In this document: piece after piece, positions 28,418-37,041 of the stretch
Position numbering within the stretch: the first letter of the stretch is position 1
Layout: every line of letters begins with the position of its first letter
DNA from: Chthoniobacteraceae bacterium
GTDB lineage: Bacteria > Verrucomicrobiota > Verrucomicrobiia > Chthoniobacterales > Chthoniobacteraceae
Reading direction: 5' to 3'
Length of the DNA stretch: 50,104 bases
Assembly: GCA_043735935.1 (NCBI GenBank)
Contig: JAYTDO010000256.1
Span: forward strand, 1-50,104
Position numbers and translations under genes: made by a program
The notes under the pieces: model-generated
The model's input: the letters and a program-made list of their open reading frames with translations, nothing else
Database searches by the model: none
What the model was told of the DNA's origin: nothing

Positions 28418-29627
28418 TCCCGTCAATCATCATCCAAGGGATGGGCTGCGCGTACGACACGATTTCTTCATGGACGGTGTCGACGCTACCGGAGGTGGGA
28501 ATGGCGATCAAGTCGGCCAGCGTTCCAGGCGCGATGATCCCCAGCTCACGCCCACGCTTGAGCGCCCGTGCGGCGTTCACCGTCACCAGCCTCAGGAGCT
28601 GCTCGGCTGTCAGCCACGGCTCATTAGCCCGCAAGGTCCGCAACTCCGCAAGCGAGCTCAGCGAATCCCCGCTGGCGAGGCTGTCCGTGCCCACGCAGAT
28701 GTTCATCCCGAGATCGAGCAGCCGGCGGATTTGAAATGGCGCGTGCCCGAAATAGCGGTGACTCCCGGGGCAATGAACGACGTGCGGCCCCGCACCGCGA
28801 GGCAGGCTCGCGAGCAGGGAGAAATCCTGTTCGGTCAGCTCGTTCATGTGCGCCACGATCCAGTTCGGATTGATCGCCCCGCTCAGCCACAGGTGCCCGA
28901 AGGGCGTATCCATTCCGCAATCACCCATCGGCCTTTTCAGCTCCGCCATGAAGTCGTACAACGGCCCGGTCTTCTCACTAAACATCGCGAATTCCTCGCG
29001 CGATTCGGCGACGTGCGTCGTCAGCGGCATCGTGAACGTGGAAGCACATTCATTCGCGAGCTGATAGAGCGCCACCGACGCGGTGTAAGGCGCGTGCGGA
29101 CTCAACCCGAAATTATCCAGCGACCGTCCCCGATGTTGAAAAAAGGAAAGCGCCCCGGCCACCACGTCGTCGGTCGTGACCCGGTGCCGGATGTCGATCA
29201 TCTCGTAAAACCACCACGTGCGCAGCGGCGACGGCGGGAGCTGCGGCATCAGTTCGGGAAAAGACTCGATGTTGCACACCGTCGTCGTGCCCCAGCGCTT
29301 CAGCTCGGCGAATCCGGACGCGATGGCCGAGAGGTAATCGCCGCTGTCGAGGCTGCGTTTGAGCGCGTTGATCCGCTTCACCCATGCGGTGAAGCTCTTC
29401 GGCGGATCGATCGCGTGCCGCATCATCGAATAATCGAGATGGCAGTGTGCGTTGATCAGCCCCGGCATCAGCGTCACGTCGCCCAGATCGACGACAGGAC
29501 CCGCATCGCCCCAAGCCAGGTCCGGCGCAAAGCCAACCGCCGAAATGCGATTCCCGTCGATCGCCACCGCCCCGTTCTCGAGCGGAGGCCCATCCATCGT
29601 CACCACATTACGCGCTTTGAGGATCAT
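28404..29627 (-). CDS. Amidohydrolase-superfamily protein (chlorohydrolase / nucleoside deaminase-like)
   Basis: I prefer the ATG at 29627 (MILKARNVVTMDG...). Metal-binding HxH (LINAHCHLD), later HVAES and a C-terminal GTDS...D pattern. The ATGA overlap with the upstream gene is at 29624-29627. Confidence 0.75.
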   Translation of the reverse strand: MILKARNVVTMDGPPLENGAVAIDGNRISAVGFAPDLAWGDAGPVVDLGDVTLMPGLINAHCHLDYSMMRHAIDPPKSFTAWVKRINALKRSLDSGDYLSAIASGFAELKRWGTTTVCNIESFPELMPQLPPSPLRTWWFYEMIDIRHRVTTDDVVAGALSFFQHRGRSLDNFGLSPHAPYTASVALYQLANECASTFTMPLTTHVAESREEFAMFSEKTGPLYDFMAELKRPMGDCGMDTPFGHLWLSGAINPNWIVAHMNELTEQDFSLLASLPRGAGPHVVHCPGSHRYFGHAPFQIRRLLDLGMNICVGTDSLASGDSLSSLAELRTLRANEPWLTAEQLLRLVTVNAARALKRGRELGIIAPGTLADLIAIPTSGSVDTVHEEIVSYAQPIPWMMIDGNVVS

Positions 29628-30205
29628 ACAGGCGGCTGGCTCTTCACTACCTTGCGCGCCTCCGCCACCAGAAGATTGCACATCTCCTGGCAGAGCAGCG
29701 GGATCGCATCCGGCTGCGGCTCGGGGCTCTCGCCGTCCCAAAGTCGGCACTTCAGGCAGCCCGAGCAAAACGCATCGATCATCGCCCGCCCCTGCTCATC
29801 CGTGATCTTTTGAGTGATGCGATACATCCCGGTCTGCCGCGCCAGCGTCTCGCGAAACGGCACCACCGCGAGATCGCCGCTCTCGTAGCTGCGCCACACA
29901 GCCGTCATCGCCGGGTAGAAATAATCGAGCGCCCGCCGCACTTCGCCCACTTCACCCAGCACCATCCGCCAGCCGTGCCGCAGATTCGGCGCGGTCTTCA
30001 GCGGCCGGTAAACATCCGCGTCGTCCAGATTCGCGAGCGCCCTCGCCGCGTCGGCGCCTTCGTGCAGGACGAGATCGGGACGCCCCGCATCCTCGACATG
30101 CCGCAGCTCGAACGCATCGCCAGTCCTACGGATCGCGATCTGGCCGATCCGAGTGCGCCCAGCGGCGAGCCAATTGGAAAGTGATTTGGCAAGATCCCGG
30201 TTCAA
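29624..30205 (-). CDS. DR2241-family protein (putative 4Fe-4S domain, CbiX-associated)
   Basis: 193 aa with a TTG start overlapping the cbiX stop (TTGA). The C-terminal Cys cluster is AFCSGCLKCRLW...LLCQEMC. Assigned by recalled similarity to the DR2241 domain that is fused or adjacent to CbiX in other bacteria. Confidence 0.5.
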   Translation of the reverse strand: MNRDLAKSLSNWLAAGRTRIGQIAIRRTGDAFELRHVEDAGRPDLVLHEGADAARALANLDDADVYRPLKTAPNLRHGWRMVLGEVGEVRRALDYFYPAMTAVWRSYESGDLAVVPFRETLARQTGMYRITQKITDEQGRAMIDAFCSGCLKCRLWDGESPEPQPDAIPLLCQEMCNLLVAEARKVVKSQPPV

Positions 30206-31020
30206 ACGGTCGAAGCATTCTGCGCGTCAAAGGCCGCGACTTGATCGAGGATGATCTCCGCGAACAGCGTCTCCGTCCCGATCGCGCTCGCGTAATAAAG
30301 GGTCCTGCCGCGCAGCCGGTAGGGGTTGCGCTGGAAAACCGCCATCGCACTTGTGCTCGCCGCCCCGGGTGATTCCTGAGCGATGCCGAGCAGCACCGGG
30401 ATGTCCTCGTAGCTATGCAGCCCGTCGGCGATGAAAAACGGCACGACCACCACGTTCGGCTGCGTCGAAAGCTCATCCCACTTCGAGATCAGCGGCGCCT
30501 CTTCCATGTACGCACTCAGCACCTCGGCATAGATCCCGCGCTCGCGGATTCGCTCCACCTCGCGTTTGGCCGCCGCCGCCGAGTTGTCATTCAAATTCGT
30601 CCCATGTCCGACGATGAAAAGGCTCGTCTCCGCGGCCGGCACTCCCGGCGCGATCGCCGCCGCCCGATGCAGCAGCAGATCGGTCATCCGCTCATGATTC
30701 CCTGCCGGTTCGCAATATTTGATCGTCCGTCCGCCGCGCCGCGTGATCGGGCCTTCGAGTTCCAGTTCGCGCGGGATTACCGTCCGCGTGAAATAACCCT
30801 CGCTGATGAAATTCGGCACCACATAGATCTCCTCTCGATCGACCATGTGCAAAACCTGACGGCAGCTCGGCTCCTCTTTCCAAAAAGCGCAATGAACCTC
30901 CCCAAACACGCCGCGCCGCACCAACTCCTCCGCGTGATCGAACGTCGGAGCACTGGAGTCCGGATTGACCGTCGAACCGTGGCCGACGATGACGAGCGCG
31001 CTATCAGGTTTTGAAAGCAT
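30202..31020 (-). CDS. cbiX: Sirohydrochlorin chelatase, CbiX/SirB type (two tandem CbiX domains)
   Basis: The CbiX signature is duplicated: LVIVGHGSTVNPDS... and LFIVGHGTNLNDNS.... FFIADGLH is near the C-terminus. Confidence 0.8.
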   Translation of the reverse strand: MLSKPDSALVIVGHGSTVNPDSSAPTFDHAEELVRRGVFGEVHCAFWKEEPSCRQVLHMVDREEIYVVPNFISEGYFTRTVIPRELELEGPITRRGGRTIKYCEPAGNHERMTDLLLHRAAAIAPGVPAAETSLFIVGHGTNLNDNSAAAAKREVERIRERGIYAEVLSAYMEEAPLISKWDELSTQPNVVVVPFFIADGLHSYEDIPVLLGIAQESPGAASTSAMAVFQRNPYRLRGRTLYYASAIGTETLFAEIILDQVAAFDAQNASTV

Positions 31021-31117
31021 AAACGGCGTTGGATTACGTCGTGCCCCCGGCCATGTCGAACGGTTTTACACGACGATCCGGTCTCGCCTTCCAAAAACCC
31101 GCCCACATACTTCGCGC

Positions 31118-31936
31118 ATGGATCCACGCTGGTTCCAAATCTCCGCGCTCTCCGGCCTGCTCATTTACGGCATGGGCTGGCTCGACTTCGAAATCAGCAC
31201 CGCACAAGTGGCGGTGACGCTCGCCGCCGTCCTCACAACACAAGCCGCAGCGACTCGACTCACCCGCCTTCCCGCCTTCGACGCAAAAAGCGCCCTCATC
31301 TCCGGGCTCTCGCTCTGCCTCCTGCTTCGCACCAATCACCTCGCCCTCGCCGCCGTCGCAGGCTTCATCACCATCGCCAGCAAGTTCCTCCTGCGCCTCA
31401 ACGGCAAACACCTCTTCAACCCCACGAATTTCGGCCTCGTCGCCTCGATGCTCCTCACCGGCTGCGCCGTGTGGGTCTCGCCGGGACAGTGGGGAAACGT
31501 CGCGTTCTTCGGCTTCCTCACGGTTTGCGCGGGCGGACTCGTCGTCACCCGCGCGGCCCGCAGCGATGTCACGCTCGCCTTCATCGCGTGCTACCTCGCG
31601 TTGATCTTCGGGCGCTCCTTCTGGCTCGGCGAACCGGTCGCCATTCCTCTCCACCGCTTGCAAAGCGGCGCACTCCTCATCTTCACCTTCTTCATGATTT
31701 CCGACCCGCGGACGACTCCGGATTCGCGCGCAGGCCGCATCGTATTCGCGGCGCTCGTCGCCTGGGGCGCATGGTTCGTGCAGTTCCAGATGTTCCGCAC
31801 CAACGGCCTCCTCTGGTCCCTCGCCGTGTTCTCGCTTTGCACGCCGATCCTTGATTGGCTCCTTCCCGGCAAGCGCCATTCCTGGCTCCGGCGTCCGCCC
31901 TTTTTCCTCGAAAAAACGCAGCCCCTCTCCACATGA
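31118..31936 (+). CDS. RnfD/NqrB-like polytopic membrane protein
   Basis: I prefer the ATG at 31118 (MDPRWFQISALSG...). About 8 TM segments, with KHLFNPTNFG and FFMISDPRTTP resembling the conserved NqrB/RnfD motifs. 272 aa. Confidence 0.55.
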   Translation: MDPRWFQISALSGLLIYGMGWLDFEISTAQVAVTLAAVLTTQAAATRLTRLPAFDAKSALISGLSLCLLLRTNHLALAAVAGFITIASKFLLRLNGKHLFNPTNFGLVASMLLTGCAVWVSPGQWGNVAFFGFLTVCAGGLVVTRAARSDVTLAFIACYLALIFGRSFWLGEPVAIPLHRLQSGALLIFTFFMISDPRTTPDSRAGRIVFAALVAWGAWFVQFQMFRTNGLLWSLAVFSLCTPILDWLLPGKRHSWLRRPPFFLEKTQPLST

Positions 31937-33267
31937 AACACCTCATCCTCCCCCTCGCCCTCCTGGCCGCGCAGCCGCTCTTCGGCTTCTGCGGATTCTA
32001 CGTCGCCAAGGCCGACACCAAGCTTTTCAACAAAGCCTCACAGGTCGTCCTCACGCGCCACGAAAACAAAACGGTGATGACCATGGCCAACGATTTCCGT
32101 GGCGACCCGAAGGAGTTCGCCGTCGTCATCCCAGTCCCCACCTTCCTCGAACGCGACCAGATCAACGTCGCCGACAAGGCGCTCATCGAGCACCTCGACG
32201 CCTATTCGTCGCCGCGCCTTGTGGAATACTTCGACACCGATCCGTGCAACCCGCCGATGCCGCCGATGCCGATGGCGATGACTGCCGCACCTGGCGGTCG
32301 CGCCCGTGGCGGGGAGGAGCGCACCAAGGGCCTCGGCGTCACGGTCGAAGCCGAGTACACCGTCGGCGAATACGACATCGTCATCCTCAGCGCCGCCCAG
32401 AGCGACGGGCTCGAGACTTGGCTGAAAGAGAACGGCTACCGCATCCCGGAAGGCGCCGCCGCCGTGCTCGGCAGCTACATCAAACAAAAGGTCCGGTTCT
32501 TCGTCGCGAAGGTGAATTTGGAAAAACAAAGCCAGCTCGGCTTTCATTACCTGCGGCCGATCCAGATCGCCTTCGAGAGTCCGAAATTCATGCTCCCGAT
32601 CCGCCTCGGGACCGTGAACGCGGACGGGCCGCAGGAACTCTTCATCTACACGCTCACCAAAAACGGCCGCGTCGAAACGACGAACTATCGCACCGTCAAA
32701 CTCCCCAGCGGCCAGAACATCCCGCTCTTTGTGAAGGAGGAATTCGGCGACTTTTACAAGGCGATGTTCGCCGAGCAGGTGAAGAAGGAGGACATGCGCG
32801 TGCTCTTTACCGAATACGCCTGGGACATGAATTGGTGCGACCCCTGCGCCGCCGAGCCGCTCAGCGCCGATGAGCTCCGCAAGCTCGGCGTCTTTTGGCA
32901 AAGCGATGAGCCTCCGCAACAGCGCGGCATCTTCGGCGGCGGTGCAAAGCAGTGTTTCGTCACCCGCCTCCACGTCCGCTACGACCGCGACCATTTCCCC
33001 GAAGACCTCGTGTTCCAGGAAACGCAGGACCGCGAAAACTTCCAGGGCCGCTACGTCCTCCGGCATCCATGGACCGGCAACACGCAAAAATGTCCGGCTG
33101 CCGCGAAGTACCTCGAAGGCGTGAAAGAAAACCAGGACAAGGAGGCGCAGACCCTTGCCACGCTGACCGGCTGGGACATCCAAAAAATCCGCGACCGGAT
33201 GAAGCTGGCAGGGCCGGCGCCGAAATCGACCGACGGCGCGAAGTGGTGGCAGAAGCTCTGGAAGTAA
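31933..33267 (+). CDS. Secreted DUF2330-domain protein
   Basis: I prefer the ATG at 31933, which makes an ATGA overlap with the preceding stop. A signal peptide (MKHLILPLALLAAQPLFG) is followed by FCGFYVAKADTKLFNKASQVVLTRHENKTVMTMANDF...FAVVIPVP. I recall this as the N-terminal hallmark of DUF2330. Confidence 0.6.
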   Translation: MKHLILPLALLAAQPLFGFCGFYVAKADTKLFNKASQVVLTRHENKTVMTMANDFRGDPKEFAVVIPVPTFLERDQINVADKALIEHLDAYSSPRLVEYFDTDPCNPPMPPMPMAMTAAPGGRARGGEERTKGLGVTVEAEYTVGEYDIVILSAAQSDGLETWLKENGYRIPEGAAAVLGSYIKQKVRFFVAKVNLEKQSQLGFHYLRPIQIAFESPKFMLPIRLGTVNADGPQELFIYTLTKNGRVETTNYRTVKLPSGQNIPLFVKEEFGDFYKAMFAEQVKKEDMRVLFTEYAWDMNWCDPCAAEPLSADELRKLGVFWQSDEPPQQRGIFGGGAKQCFVTRLHVRYDRDHFPEDLVFQETQDRENFQGRYVLRHPWTGNTQKCPAAAKYLEGVKENQDKEAQTLATLTGWDIQKIRDRMKLAGPAPKSTDGAKWWQKLWK

Positions 33268-33277
33268 GCCCCGGAAA

Positions 33278-35059
33278 TTACGATTCGGCGCTCCCCGGTC
33301 CAATGGTCGGAGCTGTCTGCGGTTTTGGAAGCTCAGCCGGTCTCGCCGCACCCAGCGCTTCGCTGGCCTTCGTAAACAGCTCATCGAGCTGGCGAAGGCG
33401 CGTGTGCAAGGGCTCGTGCTGCTTGCGGCTCGCTGCGAGCGCCGTCTGGCGCGGCGCCGCGAGCGCGGTGAGTTCGCCGTAAAACGTCGCCAGCGCGCCG
33501 CGAAGATGATCCTCGATCCCTCCGAGGACGGCCTCGCGCCGTTCGCGCATCTGCCGGCGAAATTCGCGGAGGATCTGCTGGCGTTTCCAAACAGCGAGCG
33601 CGAACGCAGAGACGGCCGCAAGGCCGGCGAGGACTCCGGTGTTTCCTGGGAGGGGCAACTGTGAACGAATGGCCGCGAAACTCGCGGCAGCGCTGACCAC
33701 CACAGCCGCCAGAATCAGACGGAGCCAACGGGCGGTCTGGGCAAGGTGCCGCTCGAGTTGCGCGTCGATCTGGGCATCGCTCCCGCTCGCGAGGAGGGTG
33801 TCATCGATGCGGGCGAGCAGGGCGTCGCGTCGCGGGAGAAAGGCCGGCGTTTCGGCGGCGGGCACCGTCTCAGAAAAGAGCTTCTGAAAGGAACCGTGGA
33901 GTCGCTGCCAGACTTCGCGGAGGTCGTCATCGAGGAGCGTGATGGAGGCTTCGACCTGTTGCTGAATCGCGGAGCGCAGCCGCTCGTCGATCTTGATCTG
34001 AAAGTTTCGGCGCCAGCCGCCGCGATGAAAAACGAGCTGAACCGCGTTGGCGACGGTGAGCTTTTCAGTGAGGAGATCCTCGCTGCGCTTCTGCGCCTTT
34101 TCGTAATTTTGCGCGAGCGTCCAGAGGACACCGCCGATCTGCCGAAGGGATTGTTCGCGGCAGTCGGCGAGGTCGTGCGTGAAGTCCTCCAATCGCGCTC
34201 CGTCACGCGTGATGATGGCCGCCGTTTCGCGCGCGCCGTCGCCGAGCGGCTGAAGGACGGCGCGGGCGTAATCGCACGCCGCCCGGAGGGTCGCGAGGCG
34301 GGCGGGCGCACGGACGATCCGGGCGTCGATGAAGGCCTCGAGTCGGTCGATGCCCGTGACGGAGATCGTCTCGCGAGTGGCTTTCCTGCTAAGTCTGGCG
34401 GTGAGTGCGGGCGCGGCGGCCACGGGAAAAATCGGGCAGGTGTCGCCGGTTTTTTCGAGCATCATCTGGCCGAGACGCTTTGCATCAGCGACGGCCGCCT
34501 CAGCGCCGCCGAGTTCACTTTTTTGAAGCACGACGACGACGTTCTTGAACCACTTCGGCTCGATGAGCCGAAGAATGTCCCAACCTTCGTCGCTCTCAGG
34601 TGCGTCTCCCCCGATGACGACGAGGATCAAGTCGGCGAGCGGGATAAAATGCTCGGTCAGAAGCTGGTGTTCCCGAAGCACCGGGCCGGAGGCGGGAGTA
34701 TCGACGATGTGAAAATCGCGAAGGAACGGCGCGGGCCGGTAGCATTCCTCGAGCACATCGGAGATGCGCGTATCGCGCTCGCCATCACCGTATTTAAACA
34801 GGCGGGCGCGCACACATTCTTCCGGATTGCCGGGGGCAAAAAGCCGCTTCGCAAACAGGGCATCGAGAAGCGGATATTTGCCCGTGCCCGGCGAGCCGAT
34901 GGCGATGAAGAAGAACGGATCGCGGAGACTCTGTTGAAGCTGGTGAAGCTTGGATAGCGCGCCAGCCGGCGTTTCCAGTTCACCGACGAGGGAGTGGAGA
35001 GAGTAAAGTGCCGTGCCGAGTTGCGCGCGGATGGTGAAGTAGTCGTCGCCGATCATCAC
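33278..35059 (-). CDS. Dynamin-family GTPase (bacterial dynamin-like protein) with a C-terminal membrane hairpin
   Basis: P-loop GSPGTGKY, G3 IVDTPA, a G4-like VVVLQKSE, and a long helical stalk. Two adjacent hydrophobic segments are WLRLILAAVVVSAAASFAAI and GVLAGLAAVSAFALAVW. The start is the GTG at 35059 or the ATG at 35056. Confidence 0.6.
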   Translation of the reverse strand: MMIGDDYFTIRAQLGTALYSLHSLVGELETPAGALSKLHQLQQSLRDPFFFIAIGSPGTGKYPLLDALFAKRLFAPGNPEECVRARLFKYGDGERDTRISDVLEECYRPAPFLRDFHIVDTPASGPVLREHQLLTEHFIPLADLILVVIGGDAPESDEGWDILRLIEPKWFKNVVVVLQKSELGGAEAAVADAKRLGQMMLEKTGDTCPIFPVAAAPALTARLSRKATRETISVTGIDRLEAFIDARIVRAPARLATLRAACDYARAVLQPLGDGARETAAIITRDGARLEDFTHDLADCREQSLRQIGGVLWTLAQNYEKAQKRSEDLLTEKLTVANAVQLVFHRGGWRRNFQIKIDERLRSAIQQQVEASITLLDDDLREVWQRLHGSFQKLFSETVPAAETPAFLPRRDALLARIDDTLLASGSDAQIDAQLERHLAQTARWLRLILAAVVVSAAASFAAIRSQLPLPGNTGVLAGLAAVSAFALAVWKRQQILREFRRQMRERREAVLGGIEDHLRGALATFYGELTALAAPRQTALAASRKQHEPLHTRLRQLDELFTKASEALGAARPAELPKPQTAPTIGPGSAES

Positions 35060-35073
35060 CCGTAGCGGTGGGC

Positions 35074-35958
35074 CTAATTCGCCGGCTTCGCGGCAGTGGC
35101 CTTTTTAATGGGGACGGGCGGTGCTTCACCGACACGCTTCGCAGCGGCGGGCGCCGAGTCGGTCGACTTGGGAACCGGCGTGGACTTGGGTTTTGGCGGC
35201 ATGGGTTTATCCATGGCGATCAGTTCGGAGACGGTGACGAACTTAAATCCGCGGCCGATGAGCCCGTCGAGCGTGTCGGGCATCGCGTCGACGGTCGTCT
35301 TGTGAATGTCGTGCGAAAGGACGATGGAGCCGGCAACGGTGTGACGGAGGATTTCGCTTTTGACGTGCTCGGCGTTGCGGACTTTCCAATCGAGAGGGTC
35401 CACGTCCCAAAGGATGATTTTGTAACCCCACTTGGCGTTGCACCACGCGCGTTGGTTTGCGGTGAAGGCGCCATATGGGGGCCGCATCAGCGTGGGTGCG
35501 ACGCCGGTGGCGTTCACGATGGCGTCATGTGTTTTCTGGAGTTGGTCGGTCACCCCGCCCTCCCCCATGGATGAGAGCTGCGGGTGAGACCACGAGTGGT
35601 TCGCGATCTCGTGCCCTTCGGCGACGATGCGCTTCATGATTTGCGGATACTCGGCGACGCATTGGCCGACGACGAAGAAGGTGGCCTTGATGTGTCGCTC
35701 CTTGAGCATGTCAAGCAGCCGCGGAGTGTTCGCGGCATGCGGACCGTCGTCGAACGTCATGGCGATGTATGGGCCATCGACGTGGCATTGCGAGAAAGTG
35801 ATGACCGGGCGGGCCGTAGCGGTGGTCGGCGGCGCGACAGCGGCGTTGGTGGGAAGAGCGACGCGAGGCTCCGCCGGGGGCGAGCTCGGAGAGTCCGGAC
35901 TTTGGGCTAATGCTCTCGCGGCGAACAGCAAGGCGCAGGCAGTGATGCGAAGGGTCAT
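35074..35958 (-). CDS. Polysaccharide deacetylase (NodB homology / CE4), secreted
   Basis: I prefer the ATG at 35958, which gives a signal peptide (MTLRITACALLFAARALA). CE4 motifs are TFDDGP, HEIANHSWSHP and LWDVDPLDW. There is a C-terminal Pro/Lys-rich tail. Confidence 0.85.
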   Translation of the reverse strand: MTLRITACALLFAARALAQSPDSPSSPPAEPRVALPTNAAVAPPTTATARPVITFSQCHVDGPYIAMTFDDGPHAANTPRLLDMLKERHIKATFFVVGQCVAEYPQIMKRIVAEGHEIANHSWSHPQLSSMGEGGVTDQLQKTHDAIVNATGVAPTLMRPPYGAFTANQRAWCNAKWGYKIILWDVDPLDWKVRNAEHVKSEILRHTVAGSIVLSHDIHKTTVDAMPDTLDGLIGRGFKFVTVSELIAMDKPMPPKPKSTPVPKSTDSAPAAAKRVGEAPPVPIKKATAAKPAN

Positions 35959-36017
35959 GTGAAGATTGAGCGCGAAAGAAGCACGAACGGGCGTGGGTGG
36001 AAAGGAAGGGTTGCGAA

Positions 36018-36887
36018 TTACAAACCAAAGAAACGCCCGAGGATCGGGCGGAGTTTTTCGACCATCGCCGGTGGCCACAGCGTCCGATCCGTCACCATCG
36101 CACCGTCGAGCGAGCGATGCTCAGGCCAGTCGGCGACGAGCGGGATTTGCGGGATGACCCGCGCGAGGATGGCTTTCGCGGCGGTAGCGTTGGCGTGAAG
36201 GTGTGCGACGACGGCATCGGCGGTGACGTGAGCTTCGTCGGTCTTCCAGCAATCGTAGTCGGTGATCATGGCCATCGTCGCGAGGGCGATCTCGGCTTCG
36301 CGTGCGAGCCGGGCTTCGCCGAGATTGGTCATCCCGATGACATCGAACCCAAGCCGGCGATGCACCTCGCTTTCCGCCCGGGTCGAAAAGGCGGGCCCAT
36401 CCATATTCACGTAAGTGCCGCCGCGATGCACGGTATGACCGAGTTCGGTGCCAGCATTGAAAAGCAACTCCTGAAGGCCCGCACAGATCGGATCGGCGAA
36501 CGCGACATGGGCGACGATGCCGCAGCCGAAAAACGTGTGCTGCGGCCCCTGGCTGGTGCGATCGAAAAACTGCGAGGGCAGGACGATGTGGCGGGGGGCG
36601 TAACGTTCCTGCAAACTGCCGACTGCGGTGACGCAAAGGATCCACCGGACGCCGAGCGAACGCAGGGCGTAGATGTTTGCACGGTGATTCAACTCGTGCG
36701 GAAGGATGCGATGACCCCGTCCATGCCGCGGGAGGAAAAAGACCTGTCGATCGGTAAACCTTCCGCCAAAGATCGTGTCCGACGGCGGGCCGAAGGGGGT
36801 GTCGATGTGGTGTTCGGTGGGATCGGTGAGACCTTCCAACTGGTAGAGGCCACTGCCGCCGATGACTCCGATGGCTGATTCCTGCAT
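36018..36887 (-). CDS. mtnP: S-methyl-5'-thioadenosine phosphorylase
   Basis: I prefer the ATG at 36887 (MQESAIGVIGGSGLYQLEGL...). FLPRHGRGH, ANIYALRSLGV and GMTNLGEARLAREAEI are typical MTAP/PNP-family strings. Confidence 0.85.
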   Translation of the reverse strand: MQESAIGVIGGSGLYQLEGLTDPTEHHIDTPFGPPSDTIFGGRFTDRQVFFLPRHGRGHRILPHELNHRANIYALRSLGVRWILCVTAVGSLQERYAPRHIVLPSQFFDRTSQGPQHTFFGCGIVAHVAFADPICAGLQELLFNAGTELGHTVHRGGTYVNMDGPAFSTRAESEVHRRLGFDVIGMTNLGEARLAREAEIALATMAMITDYDCWKTDEAHVTADAVVAHLHANATAAKAILARVIPQIPLVADWPEHRSLDGAMVTDRTLWPPAMVEKLRPILGRFFGL

Positions 36888-37041
36888 GGCGAAAGGATTA
36901 AGCAGGCGGGAAAACTTTAGGGAACAGGAATCTGCCGGACCGCTCCCAAAAAGTTTTCGAGCGTCGATGCAAAAAAGACTGGTTACAAAATAAATTATCG
37001 CGAAACGTCGCCGGCCGTGCTCTAATAGTACACTTAGCTTT

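Noticed and set aside
28329-29813. 494-aa plus-strand ORF
   Set aside because: It is antisense to the amidohydrolase (HxH metal motif on the minus strand). It is Arg/His/Pro-rich with no motifs.
32038-33621. 527-aa minus-strand ORF across the DUF2330 gene and the 3' end of the dynamin-like gene
   Set aside because: It would span two convergent real genes. The translation is Arg/Ala/Glu low-complexity. Shadow ORF.
36888-37041. AT-richer divergent intergenic region between mtnP and the S8 protease; tried to call -35/-10 promoter boxes (ttacaa ... taatag)
   Set aside because: The spacing does not fit a sigma-70 17-bp spacer, and the promoter consensus for this lineage is uncertain. It is left uncalled.
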